From positions 70,308,001-70,372,000 of the forward strand of contig OX597827.1 of assembly GCA_951406725.2 (NCBI GenBank): 64,000 nucleotides of DNA. The letters run 5' to 3'. The translations under genes were made by a program, and so were the position numbers. The DNA comes from Octopus vulgaris (taxonomy: Eukaryota). Below, piece after piece: positions 12,964 to 25,152 of the stretch. The notes beneath the pieces are model-generated. The model saw only the letters and a program-made list of their open reading frames with translations, was not told the DNA's origin and searched no databases. Positions within the stretch are counted from its first letter, which is position 1. The number at the start of each line of letters is the position of its first letter.

Positions 12964-14662
12964 CACAGACATGACAGAAGCAAATAGAACCATTTTATGT
13001 TTATTTTAACCTGAAAAGTTTTATATTTTTTATTAATTGACATTTTTATGTTTCAGATTCTATATGTGACCATTTAATCATGCCACAAACAAAAGAAGCC
13101 TTGAAACTGTCTGAACTTCAAAGAGGCCATATCATAGGTCAATTTGAAGTGGACTTAGTCGTAATAAAATCACAGAAAACCTTGGTATCCCGCTTTCTAC
13201 AGTTAATAGAGTGACTGGGGAAATTCACCAAAGAGGGGAAGGAGTCCACATCACCTCATCCAAGTTGACCAGAGCCCTCTGACAGGACTCTTCACTATGG
13301 TTGTGAAACACGATCTATGAGGGTAGTCGATTAGCGAGGGCTGGAGGTGTTCAACAATGACTGTCTCCGCCGCATTGTTTGCTGCCGACGCATTGATCGG
13401 GTTCCTACAGCTGGTCTTCGTCGTCATCTGAGTCTCCGGCCCCTCCCTTCGGTGCTTCTACAACAGCGCTTAAGGTGGTTCGGTCATGCGGCTCAGTGTC
13501 CAGAGGGTGAGCTGATTCACGATGTCCTTCTCCCACCTTCACTTCCCAGCTGGCGCAAACGCACGGGCGGGTAGCTGAAGACCTGGGAAACGACGATAAA
13601 GGAGGACCTCTCTGAACTTTCAGATCTTCAGGTGGTCGGTCTGCGCAGATGGAACCGCGAATGGCTTGCTGTCTCCAGTGACCTCACTCAAGACTGTCGA
13701 GCGTGGGCCGCCATGGTTCGTGATGCCGTTAGGAACAGAGAAGAAGCTGGCTCAACCCACCCTGGGTGAATGCCGTCACAGGTACAAGTAAGTAAGTATA
13801 ACCTTCGTTGGAAGGCCTGATATAGCAGAACAAGTTGATGTCAGTCCCAGAACAGCTGTCAGGTATCTCCACAAACTTCGCTACTATAGTAGAGCAGCAA
13901 GAAGGAAGCTACTTCTACAATCAGTCAATATCAAGCAGAGAAAAGATTAGGCCAGTGAGATGATGGAGAGGCCACTTGCATCTTGGGACACTGTCTCTGA
14001 TGAATCCAGATTTACTGTATTTTCTCACAATAGTCAAGTGTGGGTTTGGAGACTCTGTAATCAATAATTTGAACATGAAAAGACTGCTGCCAACAATAAA
14101 ACATGGCAGCTGTTCGGTGATGGTCTGGGAAGCAATTTGGAGCAATGGTCTGTCAGAGCTGGTGGAGTGTGAGGGAAACATAAACTCAGATAAATATGCA
14201 TTCATATTGCAAAACGGACTCCTTCTAATCTTCTCTAGAAGAAGACTATTTATGGAAGATGGGGCTCCTTGTCACACAGCTAAAACGACCCAAGATTGGT
14301 TGGAAGAGAAGTGCATTAAAAAGCTTCCATAACCAAGCCAGTCACAAGATATGAACCCTATTGAACACTTCTGGGGCATAATGGACAAGACACTTTGTAA
14401 AAAGAACAAGAAAGCATCCTCAAAGCCAGATCTTTTGAGATTACTGCATGAAACTTGGCAAGAAATTCTTCAAGAGAATATTCGTCATCTGATCAGTAAC
14501 ATGCCTAATAGGGTCCTTGCATTCAAAAATGCAAAGGGGCATGTCTACTAAATATTAGATATTTACATTACAATAATTAATAAATAATTTGAATGTATAT
14601 TTTCAGATTTGAATGTATTTTAATGATTATAAGGGTGTTTATTTACTTCTATCATGTCTGTG
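12964..14662 (+). mobile_element. Tc1 (DD34E) transposon, non-functional, interrupted by an RTE LINE fragment
   Basis: Imperfect ~28-bp TIRs (CACAGACATGA[C/T]AGAAG...), TA at the right end, KHGSCSVMVW motif and EDGAPCH...MNPIEHFW with D-x34-E spacing across an in-frame stop. Confidence 0.88.
13293..13798 (+). mobile_element. 5'-truncated RTE-clade LINE (ORF C-terminus plus 3' tail)
   Basis: HYGCET...LRRI...RLRWFGH motifs, two in-frame stops and a CAAGTAAGTAAGTA tail. Confidence 0.85.
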
Positions 14663-14694
14663 TATATATAACAACAATATACTTACAATATAAC

Positions 14695-15062
14695 CCTTTC
14701 TACTCTAGGCACAAGGCCTGAAATTTGGGGGAAGGAGGCTAGTCAATTAGATCGACCCCAGTGCACAACTGGTACTTAATTTATCGACCCTGAAAGGATG
14801 AAAAGCAAAGTTGACCTCAGCAGAATTTGGACTCAGAACGTAATGACAGACGAAATACCTATTTCTTTACTACCCACAAGGGGCTAAACATAGAGGGGAC
14901 AAACAAGGACAGACATAGGTATTATGTCGATTAGATCGACTCCAGTGCATAACTGGTACTTAATTTATCGACCCCGAAAGGATGAAAGACAAAGTCGACC
15001 TCGGCGGAATTTCAACTCAGAACGTAGTGGCAGACGAAATACCACTAAGTATTTCACCCGGT
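14695..15062 (-). mobile_element. SINE family B dimer (two bodies with different tails)
   Basis: Central domain occurs twice (~14750-14855 and ~14930-15045). Confidence 0.75.
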
Positions 15063-15583
15063 GTAATATACTAACAATATAACAACATCAAAAACCATGG
15101 CCAATCCTCAATACTAGCACAATTGATGAACTATTACACTCCACAACCAACAACCCTTCATAGTTCAGCTATCCACTTCTTCATTTCCCTGAAGTACCAT
15201 AAGTGATGCATTATCCTCATTGTCATCGTGTTCCACTTCTACCAGCCTTACCACAACTAAACAATAGCAACAACAACAAAATCAGCATTGGAAGTCACTC
15301 TTCAATACGAGAACAATTGATGACTCGTTAAGCCCCACAATCAAGAGCTGTCATCATATTGGAGGCTTGAGTCTGTTATATCAAGTGAGAGCCTGTTCAG
15401 CACACATCGCTGTTTGAAGACCTGATTCCATACCACACTGACACAATGCTGTCTGACATGCTGTGCTGTATTGAATGTACATAAAATCTTGCACAATGAA
15501 AACACTTTGGACATCCTCTTGGAAAACTTCATTGCCAAAACAAGCGAGGAGAGAAAAAATGATTTGAAGCATTACTTATTTAC

Positions 15584-15912
15584 CTAAATTTTAACATAAT
15601 CCCCTTTGAAATAGTCACCTTGCACAGCAATACACAGGTCCCAGCATTTCTGCCTCTTTAGGAATCTGGTCTGGAATTTATTTTCCATAAGCGAGTTGAG
15701 GACTTTCTGTGATTCATCTTGGATCTCGACGATGGTGTCAAAAGGGCAACCTTTGAGCTGCATTTTCATTATGGGGGAAGAGATGAAATTTCACAGATGT
15801 TAAATCTGGTGAGTAGGGCAGATGTGGAAATGACACCGTGTTGCTTTTGGTGAGAAACTCACGAGTGAGGAGAGCTCTGTGATAGAATGCATTGTTGTTG
15901 TGAAGAATCCAA
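15584..15912 (-). mobile_element. Mariner transposase 3' fragment
   Basis: WILHNNNA...HLPYSPDL and MKMQLKG...CIAVQGDYF motifs, frameshifted. Confidence 0.8.
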
Positions 15913-15924
15913 TTTATTCACATA

Positions 15925-17702
15925 CATTTCCACCCAATTAGCACTACCCCTAGTAGCACTGCCCCCTTTCATGGCTTCCATCCCCTGAATCTGAGTCACC
16001 TTGAGATGCATGTTTGCCAAGTTTGTGCCAAAACTGCTTTCAACTGACAACACACCTGCCCATTCAGCACAGTTTATGCAGCAATTTTTGGCTAGGCACA
16101 GCATTCCCCAGGTCCGACATTCACCGTATTCCCCAGACTTGCCCCTTGCGACTTTTTCCTTTATCCAAAAATCAAATCCGGCTTGAAAGGAAGAAGATTT
16201 CAGGATATCAAGGAAATCAAAATGAATGCAACAAGGCAGCTGCTGATCATCCCAGAAAACGAGTTCCAGGAATTCTTCCATCAGTGGAAACAACACTGGA
16301 TTAAGTGTGTGGCTTCTGAAGGCGACTACTTTGAATAAACTAACTAATAAAGAAACTAACATATATATATTATATATCATTATTATATATTACTAGCAGT
16401 ATCGCCCGGCGTTGCTCGGGTTTGTAAGGGAAATAACTATATAAGCATTTTTAGAGAGTTACTTCCCTTATAGATGCCAATTCGGGCTTTCTTAGCCATT
16501 TCTGTTTTGGTGTCTTCAAGCCATGAAGTCGTTGTTCTAAAAGAACGCTGGTCTCCTTGACAACGCTTTACGATGTTGATTTCCTTACACTCCCTTCCCC
16601 ACAGCTTCACGAGGGAGGGAAGAAGGGGGAGAAGCAAACACAGGTGCAGGTGTGACCGTGGACGCCAACTCCGCTGCCATCGACACACGAAAAATTATGC
16701 ATTAAAATGGAATAAAAAATGATGTTAAATTATTTTTAAAATCGTAGACTCATCGTAGACGCGCGCTAATACTCAGACGGGCTCGATATGAATCACGACT
16801 ATAAGATACCCGAATTTGGTTAAACTGCACCGCAAAATGTGGGAGTAGTTAGGAATCTAAATCGAAGGGGACAGACACTCACACAACTACAGTTTTATAT
16901 ATATAGATTTTCCTTCAAATAGAAGTTGTGTGTTGATCACTCTTGCTTTGGCAGCTTTCAATTATTCCACTGCTCGAAGAAATTGGCAGACAGGGCTTAG
17001 AGGTCTTCCTGCACAAGTTGACTGAGCAGAAAGTTGGAACAATAGTCAGCCACCTTCACATACGAGGTGGTATCAAAACGTTCCCAAACTAGTTCAGATG
17101 GCAGCACACAGTTGTGTGTGCAATGAGAACTAGCAGTGACCTTCACGAGGCAGTGTGCCCCGTGATATTGCTGTGTTTACTTCACAAGCTGTGAAATTTG
17201 TGGTTTTGCGATCACCTGTGATTTTTGTCATGGACAGGAAGTTGGAACAAAGAACCAATCTGTAATTATGCTACAGAGACATTGAACATGCTTCAGCAAG
17301 CTTATAGCAACAAGGCAATGGGTCGTACACAATGTTTTGAGTGGCATGGGTACACGACAGAGCCACAGTTCAATCAAGAGGATACTCATCATGTTTCTTT
17401 GACATCTGCAGTATTGTGCATTAAGAGTTCACCCCCCAGGGCCAAATCATCAATCGAGAGTTCTACAGTAACAGTTTGAAGCATTTGAGGGAGGACATTC
17501 AGCTAAAGTGACCAGATAAAGCACGAGAAGGTATTTATGAGTTATTTAATGTTTATGCTTAGCATCAAAGGGGTCAGTAGGCAGTAGGTGATCAGTTTGG
17601 TCATGGTAGCAACAGGGGTTACCTCAAAGTGACTCAGATTCAGGAGATGTAAGCCATGAAGGGGGCAGTGCTACTAGGGGTAGTGCTAACTGGGTGGAGA
17701 TG
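15925..17702. mobile_element. Element bounded by ~80-bp inverted repeats with TA flanks, containing mariner fragments and a Helitron
   Basis: 15925-16004 is the reverse complement of 17623-17702 (~90% by eye); TA|CA...TG|TA ends. Mariner DNTPAH...HSPYSPDL fragment at ~16001-16335 and a mariner 5' fragment at ~17064-17520. Confidence 0.6.
16393..16907 (-). mobile_element. Non-autonomous Helitron
   Basis: 5'-TC start, 3' GC-rich hairpin (CCCGAGCAACGCCGGG) before CTAG-3', inserted between A and T with no TSD. Confidence 0.85.
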
Positions 17703-18957
17703 TATTATTGTTGAGAGACCTTAAAACACGTAAGGACCTCAGGAAACATCCCTTTTCGTGTATCTAAGAGCATCGCAAGATGATGTATGGAAGTTAGTGC
17801 CCCAGCATGGCTGCAGCCCAAAAGACTGAAACATGTAAAAGATACAAGGAAAGTATGTGTGTGTATGTATATACATATGTATACATGCGCACACACAAAT
17901 AGATGTGTGTTTATGCATGTGAGTATACGTGAGTGCATGTGTATTTGTGAGCTTGTAATCCAGCCAGGAGAAGCCACAAGTAATTTGGATATAAAATGAA
18001 ATTTATGTAATCTTAGATGTGGTTTGCAGTCCTACCACACACATAGACACACACATACATAGACACACATACATGCACACACACATAGACACACACGCAC
18101 ATAGACACACACATACATAGACACAAACAGAGAGGGAGAGAGAGTGGGGGTGGTGCTTAGCCACAAACACACACACAGATACACTAAGGCAGGCACAGAC
18201 ACACACACAATGCATATTCTTCCTTCCTCTGAAAAATATAATCTAATGTCCTAGATATTTTCTGGGATGTGCAATATTCATCCCTGCTCCCTGGAGCATT
18301 AGCAACATAGATATATATTACAGATTTGTGCATAGACACACACACACCGTGTGTGTATGAATACACATATACATATGAATACACATATACATATGTGAGT
18401 GTATGAATACACATACACAAACACATACACACACAGATATTTATGTATCTCTCTGTCTCTGTCTGTCTCTCCCTCTCTCTCTCTATATATATATACACAC
18501 AAATAAATGTATACATAAATGCATATGTACATATATATGTATGCATGCACACACACACTCATACACTTGTGTGTTTGTATGTGAATTGTATCTGGGTCAT
18601 GGACTTGGTTTGTTGAGAACTTCCTGTCACACTACACCAGTTCCTACACACACATACACACACACAAACATGCACACAAACACGTACACACACACACACA
18701 CGCATTATCAATTTACAAAATCAACCACTTGGATACAATTCACTATAAATACAATGTTAGGCCTTCAGACATTACTAAAATACTTAGATCATTTTTCCCC
18801 AAGTAGACAATTCCTCACACACACACCCACCCACCCACACACACACACACACACACAGATGCTCGCTCACACACCAGGGTGTTGCAAGATGTTGCTAAGT
18901 GTTCTTTGAAAATGATAAAATTATATTTTAAAAATGTGAAAAATATTTATATTTGTA

Positions 18958-19718
18958 GGTGCAGGCGAGGCTGTGTGGTAAGAAACTTGTTCCCAACCAC
19001 ATGGTTCCAGGTTCAGTCCCATTGCATGGCATCGGTGGGCAAGTGTCTTCTACCATAGCCTCGGACTGACCAGAAGCTTTGTGAGTAGATTTGGTAGGTG
19101 GAAACTGAAGGAAGCCCATTGTACATATATATATATATATTTATTGAAATCAAAATCGAATTCGCTCAAAAATCAATGGAAATTGTAGTTGTGATACCAG
19201 TGCTGGTGGCACGTAAAAGAACCATCCGAACGTGGCCATTGCCAGCGCCGCCCCGACTGGCCTCCATGCCGGTGCCACGTAAAAAGCACCAACCAATCGT
19301 GGTCGATGCCAGCTTCGCCTGGCACGTAAAAAGCACCCACTACACTCACGGAGTGGTTGGCATTAGGAAGGGCATCCAGCTGTAGAAACTCTACCAGATC
19401 AGACTGGGCCTGGTGCAGCCTCCTGGCTTCCCAGACCCCAGTTGAACTGTCCAACCCATGCCAGCATGGAAAGCGGACGTAAAACGATGATGATGATGAT
19501 GATCTGTCTGGGTCTTTCTGTGTTTGTCCCCCATCATCACTTGACAACCGGTGTTGGTGTGTTTACTTCCCTTTAACTTAGTGGTTCAGCAAAAGAGACT
19601 GATAGAATAAGTACTAGGCTTAAAAAATAAGTCCTGGGGTTGATTCGTTCAACTAAAACTCTTCATGGAAGTGTTCTAGCATGGTCGCAGTCAAATGACT
19701 GAAACAAATAAAAGAATA
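18958..19718 (+). mobile_element. SINE family A copy with a family D element nested at ~19150-19503
   Basis: Family A head (GGCTGTGTGGTAAG, GGTTCAGTCCC) and tail lie on either side of a family D body ending (GAT)n. Confidence 0.75.
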
Positions 19719-21489
19719 AAATATTTTCCTTTGGTCTAATTATTTTTATATGTTGTTAAGTTTAACATAAATCTACAGATGCCATACTGCGACCCCTCTT
19801 CAGTGTTGTATTCTGAGATTATTGGATGTTTCGTGCCTAACAATAGACACCCTCATCCCGAGAACCCGACTTACCTGAGTTGATCTGAGCTTGTTTCCTA
19901 AAATATATAAATACCTAAAAAAAAATTTCCCAACCACATGGTTCCGGGTTCAGTCTGACCTTGGGCAAGTGTCTATATAGCCCTGGGTAAACCAAAGCCT
20001 TGTAAGTGGATTTGGTAGACGGAAACTGAAAGAAGCCTGTCATATATATTTATGTGTGTGTGTTTATCCCCCATCTGTGGCATTGCTTGACAACTGATGT
20101 TGGTGTGTTTACGTCCCTGTAACTTAGCAGTTTGGCAAAAGACACCAATAGAATAAGAACTAGGCTTACAAAGAACAAGTCCTGGGGTCAGTTTCTTCAA
20201 CTAAAACCCTTTAAGGTGGTGCTCCAGCATGGCCACAATCAAATGATAGAAACAAGTAAAAGAATAAAAGAAAGAAGAACATTTAATAGATGAAGGCTTG
20301 ACTGAGTGGTAACAAGTTCGTTTCCCAACCACATGGTTCAGGGTTCAGTTCCACTGCGTTGCATCTTGGGTTTCTACAACTGGATGCCCTTCCTAATGCC
20401 AAAGCTACCAGATAATGTATGATTAATTCCAAACAAGGTGAATAACTAAACATTACACTTGATAGAGTAATTTGAAAGCCGAAGGGTTAAAGTAGATTTA
20501 GTTGATATTTCTAGCAGGCCAAGTGGCTATGTAGAAGCTTTTTTATCGGTTTGAGCAAGACAATTTCAACCCCGGTTGTAGCCAGTTCACTTCTCTGTCT
20601 CCACAAATACCAATGAGAAATGTATGAATGCCACTGCTTCCATATTTACTGTTCTCTGATAAAATAAGCTGGAAAATGAGTACCAAGGACAACTGGGAGT
20701 TAAATTTTGTGATAGACTGGTATCCCATTCAAGGGGTTAGTACTGTACTCTTGGTTACTCTGGCTTAATGAACCATTTTACTACAAGGTTCAGACATTAT
20801 TGTGGTGTGGTGGTTTGTATATGGCCCTGAGAGCTATTCCACCGGAGCTCATGCTCCTGGCAAAGCCTTCCATGCTGGACAGGCCAAACAATAGGGGTCA
20901 GACTAATATGGATAACTTCATTCCTGAGATGAAAATGGGTTTGTGTAGGACCAACACCCCTACCTAGAATAAAATAAAGTCACAAAGGCACCAGTGACGT
21001 ACTTACCAGTCTGTGTCTCATCGGCACTATGGACCCCTTTTCTACCTTACCCAGGATCTAAACTATTACAAACTGTCACACTCCACACTCTAAGAATCCA
21101 TTACAGCTGATCTTAGTAATTGGTTTCACATAAGATATTAGGTAACTGGGTGGTTATCTAATACACATGCTCTTCAGTGATGGCATTCTTTCCATTCCTG
21201 AAAACATGTGTTAGATAACCACTCTTAATATCCAGTGGAAAACTGGCAGATAAGATCAGCTGTAATGCATCTATGGCACTGTATACTTTGATAAATATAT
21301 GATGTATGCTTCAGAGAGAAGCATCAGTTAAGTACAAGCATAGCAGCAAGCAACCATATAAATCAGAAGGGAGCAAGAAATTATGCAATGAACTACATTG
21401 GCTAACAGTTGTTTCTGCTGTAGGATACAATGCACTCATAGTTAGGTGCATGTGTATCACCACCTTGTAGCTTTGTCAGAACTCCAGAT

Positions 21490-21700
21490 ATATGTATGTA
21501 TGTATGGGTATGTGTGTGTATGTATGTATGTGTTTGTATGTATGCCTGTATGTGTGTCTGTCTGTATTTATGTATGTATGTCTATCTGTATGTGTGTGTG
21601 TATGTATGTATGTGTGTCTGTCTGTATTTATGTATGTATGTCTGTATGTATGTGTGTGTGTGCATGTACGTACGTATGTATGTATGTATGTATGCATGTG
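21490..21700. repeat. (TATG/TG)n compound microsatellite
   Basis: Direct reading; includes a duplicated ~60-bp sub-unit. Confidence 0.9.
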
Positions 21701-21704
21701 AGTA

Positions 21705-22075
21705 TGTCATTATTCAGTTTTATTTCAAGATTTCTTGCCAATAGAGAAAGGAGTCAGTTTCTAACCTAGAGGCTCCTTCACTGGAATTTCAACATCAACA
21801 ACAGGGTGTTTTTGTTTGTTTGTATGTATGTATACGTGCAGATTTATATGTTTTGTTCTATGCATATTCTTCTCATGCATATACTAGCATATCAAGACAA
21901 GCTCATATATGATAAACTTCTGGAAAGTCTCACAGAATTTTACAATTCCAGAGATGGCGTGGATCTTTATTCTTTGAATCAGCTTTCTCCTTTCTAGTTT
22001 TGAGAAGCATAATTTCACAAGATTGGTACTTAGGCAGATTGTTACATATCCCAATGCCCCAATAATTACAGGTGT
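21705..22075 (-). mobile_element. 3' fragment of an RLE-type non-LTR retrotransposon (R4/Dong-like)
   Basis: PVIIGALGYV...LIQRIKIHAISGIVKFCETF C-terminal motif; the 3' end runs into (CATA)n. Confidence 0.6.
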
Positions 22076-22320
22076 GTGTGTGTGTATAAAGCACTGTTGT
22101 ATAACACTGGAAGTTAATTTGAACAACAAGGAATTTTCACGATAATAACAGAGACATAACAAAAATGCATTGGTGTAGAGAGATTTATGACTTTTATGAA
22201 ATTTGTTTCATTCTATGTTCCAGTCTGTACCAATTACGGTAGGATGGAGGGCTCAGATAGTGTTTCACTAAATAACATGATACGATAGGGAACAAAACAT
22301 CTGTATGTAGGGACTGTCGA

Positions 22321-23241
22321 CTATGAATAGTACATCTGTAATAAAGTGGTGTCTTTAATCATTGGGGTATCTATATCATGGGAGAATGAGGTACTCTGTT
22401 CAGAAAAGGTGGATTTAAAATCAAAGGGGTACTCTTCTTTTTTCTCCTCTTCTTTTACCTCGCTTTTATCTTTTTCTAGTTTGTTGCCGTCTAATCCAGG
22501 GGGAGCTGTAGCTCGCCTCATGTTAATGTTCGACAGAATGTGGTCAGTGTGTATTTTAGTATGGCGTAACAAATTACAGTTAGTGGAGAAAGATTTACCA
22601 CAGATATCACATATGTAGGGCCTCTCGGTGGTGTGCGTCCACTCATGACGTCGGAGGTTGGTACTGGTGGAGAAGGATTTCAGACAGACAGAACACTGAT
22701 ATGGTCTCTCGTTCGAATGAGTCTGAATGTGACGCTTCAATTGGAAATTGTCTGGGAAGGATTTGTCGCACATGTCACACATGAACGGTTTCTGATCTGT
22801 ATGAGTCCAAATATGATGTTTCAGGTGTGTGCTGGTGGAGAAACTCTTTTCGCAGATGACACAACGAAAAGGTTTCTCCGATGTGTGGATTCGTAAATGA
22901 CGTTGTAGATGAGAGCGATCAGAGAACATCTTCTGACAGATTGAACAGGTGAATGGCTTCACGCCTGTGTGAATGCGTGTGTGGATCTTTAGTGAAGATG
23001 AAGTTGTGAAACCAATACCACAAAGGTCACACTTGAATGGGCGTTCCCCAGTGTGTGTCCGAATATGAGTTTTTAAGTTCCAAGATGTTGTGAAAGCTTG
23101 TTTGCAGTGATCACACTGGTAGGGTTTCTCCCCCGTATGTGTCCTGGTATGGATACGCAGATCTGAACTCCCTGTAAAACACTTGTTGCACACTTCACAT
23201 TTGTATCGCTTTTCAACAACATATTTCTCAACAAAATACAT
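22321..23241 (-). CDS. C2H2 zinc-finger protein, paralog B (306 aa, 8 fingers matching fingers 3-10 of paralog A)
   Basis: Eight C2H2 units, the last four identical in protein to paralog A. Candidate acceptor CAG at 23253-23251. The true N-terminus is uncertain. Confidence 0.92.
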   Translation of the reverse strand: MYFVEKYVVEKRYKCEVCNKCFTGSSDLRIHTRTHTGEKPYQCDHCKQAFTTSWNLKTHIRTHTGERPFKCDLCGIGFTTSSSLKIHTRIHTGVKPFTCSICQKMFSDRSHLQRHLRIHTSEKPFRCVICEKSFSTSTHLKHHIWTHTDQKPFMCDMCDKSFPDNFQLKRHIQTHSNERPYQCSVCLKSFSTSTNLRRHEWTHTTERPYICDICGKSFSTNCNLLRHTKIHTDHILSNINMRRATAPPGLDGNKLEKDKSEVKEEEKKEEYPFDFKSTFSEQSTSFSHDIDTPMIKDTTLLQMYYS

Positions 23242-24363
23242 TTTTACAACCTGATTTTAAAAATGTCAGAAAAAAAAACAAAAAAAAAAAACTGTAAGTG
23301 TGTGATTTTTGAATAGGTGTTACACTCAGGCAAGTTTTAGAAGTGTGTTTTAGAAAGCAAGATTTAACAAATATTACTATGATTGGTCTTAACCATTTTC
23401 TTTCTTTTTTTTTTTTATATCTATTTGATATGATGCCACAATTTGTTTCTTAAACAAAGGAATAGTCTGGAAATACACCACAATAGTGGAATGCGAAGGT
23501 ATTGAACCTGGTCTGCTTACTTGTGTTATTCCTCCAATATTCAAATCATCATCGTAACAATGGTCATGAAAATAATATCCAAAGTTTACCCTGATTTTCC
23601 AAATACTGCTGACAGAAAGGTCAGCAGCATATATATATATATATATATATGTGTGTGAGAATCTAAGGATTGTTACCAACCAGTCACCTACAACAACACT
23701 GGTTTAAGCAATCAAGATTTCCTGTTCTTTATCTCCACCTTCTCATTGAGTGGGTGAGTGTTTTGATGTTTGGCAATGAGTGTTTTGAAAGATTTACTAA
23801 TATAAATCACAATTACAGATCTGTGATGACAATGAAAAATAAGGATTATGTTGATGATGGAGATACTGATGACGATAATGATGATAACTGATAATTTGAA
23901 AATGAAATTTAATGCATTGTCTTTTGTTGTTTTTATCTTCTTGATTAATCTGGTTGTTTATTTTTAATTTTCTATTTTTATTTCTCAGCAGGAAATTATA
24001 TTTATGTCAGCATGAATCACAGGTCAAACCTAACTTCTTCAAGTCGGCATCACTTACGTACATCAATAACCAATAAAATATATATCGTTGCTAACATTTT
24101 CTGGTGGGGAGAATATGTTGTGATATTTTTGGGGTTACAAGAGTTTCACCCCCATTCCCAGGTAAGTGTGAGTGAAAAATAGTTGATAGCTGGTAACAAA
24201 TATCTCAAGATGGAGGAAGCTGGACGAGTAAAAATGAACTACTGGAAGAGGTTAGAACAAGAGCTGAGGGTAGTAAGTAAGTGAATGTGACTAAATAACC
24301 ATAGAATGCACTGATATGACAAGAGATGATGTGTTGCTGGGGACAAAGTGGGGAAGAAGATCA

Positions 24364-24654
24364 TCAGGGGATACACAACTCAAAGGAAATGACTGCGGTA
24401 AACTCTAGCAAGAAGAGTTTAAAGTAACAGCAAGACAAAACACTTATGGAAGCGAATATATTCTTATTGCAATAAACACAGGTAAAAGGTGGAAATTTGT
24501 TGATGATTCTTAGGCTCTGTAAATGTAATGATTTTCTGACTGATGTAAGAGTTGTTGTTGCTGGCTTTTGGAGGAACTTGGTGTGGAAGACATTCTGAAG
24601 AGAGACTGTAGCCGTGTCAGAGGTATGGAGGTGTGAATCTTCAGTGGAGCTTTT
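24364..24654 (-). pseudogene. Possible decayed N-terminal exon of paralog B with a degenerate zinc-finger remnant
   Basis: Acceptor ttcag|AAAA resembles that of paralog A; MSSTPSS resembles MSSLTTS; in another frame PFTCVYCNKNIF resembles PLTCTVCKKSF but lacks the His ligands. Confidence 0.4.
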
Positions 24655-24713
24655 CTGAAATGAGAAACAGATATTTATTGATCTGTCACAGAAACTGTCA
24701 CTTTGCACGAATT

Positions 24714-25152
24714 ATATAATAACTGGACACATTGAAACTCCGACGTCTGGCAGACACCCATAAAATTATCAACCATCGCACAAACAATAACACTGAGCAC
24801 CTCTTCAAACTCCACCCATCTAACACCCGTGGACATATTTACAAAGTAAGAAAACAGCACAGCTCCCATGACTTTAGGAAACATTTTTTCACGCTGAGAG
24901 TTGGTGAAGCGTGGAACAAACTGCCGGCATCGGTTGTTAGTTGTCGGAGCACTGCATCCTTCAAGACTTCCATGCTTCCTGAGATTCGCCAACACTACAC
25001 TTGATTTTCTCCCTCCATACACACACAAGCATGTTCACTTTCCAGACATTTCTACATTACTGCATGTACTTTATATGCACTTTCTGACAAGTTGTGGTGC
25101 ACCTGAGCACTGTATACAATAATTTCATTATTATTATTATTATTATTATTAT
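24714..25152 (+). mobile_element. CR1/L2-type LINE 3' fragment with (ATT)n tail
   Basis: TRGHIYK...FFTLRVGEAWNKLP motif followed by a 3' UTR and ATT repeats. Confidence 0.82.
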
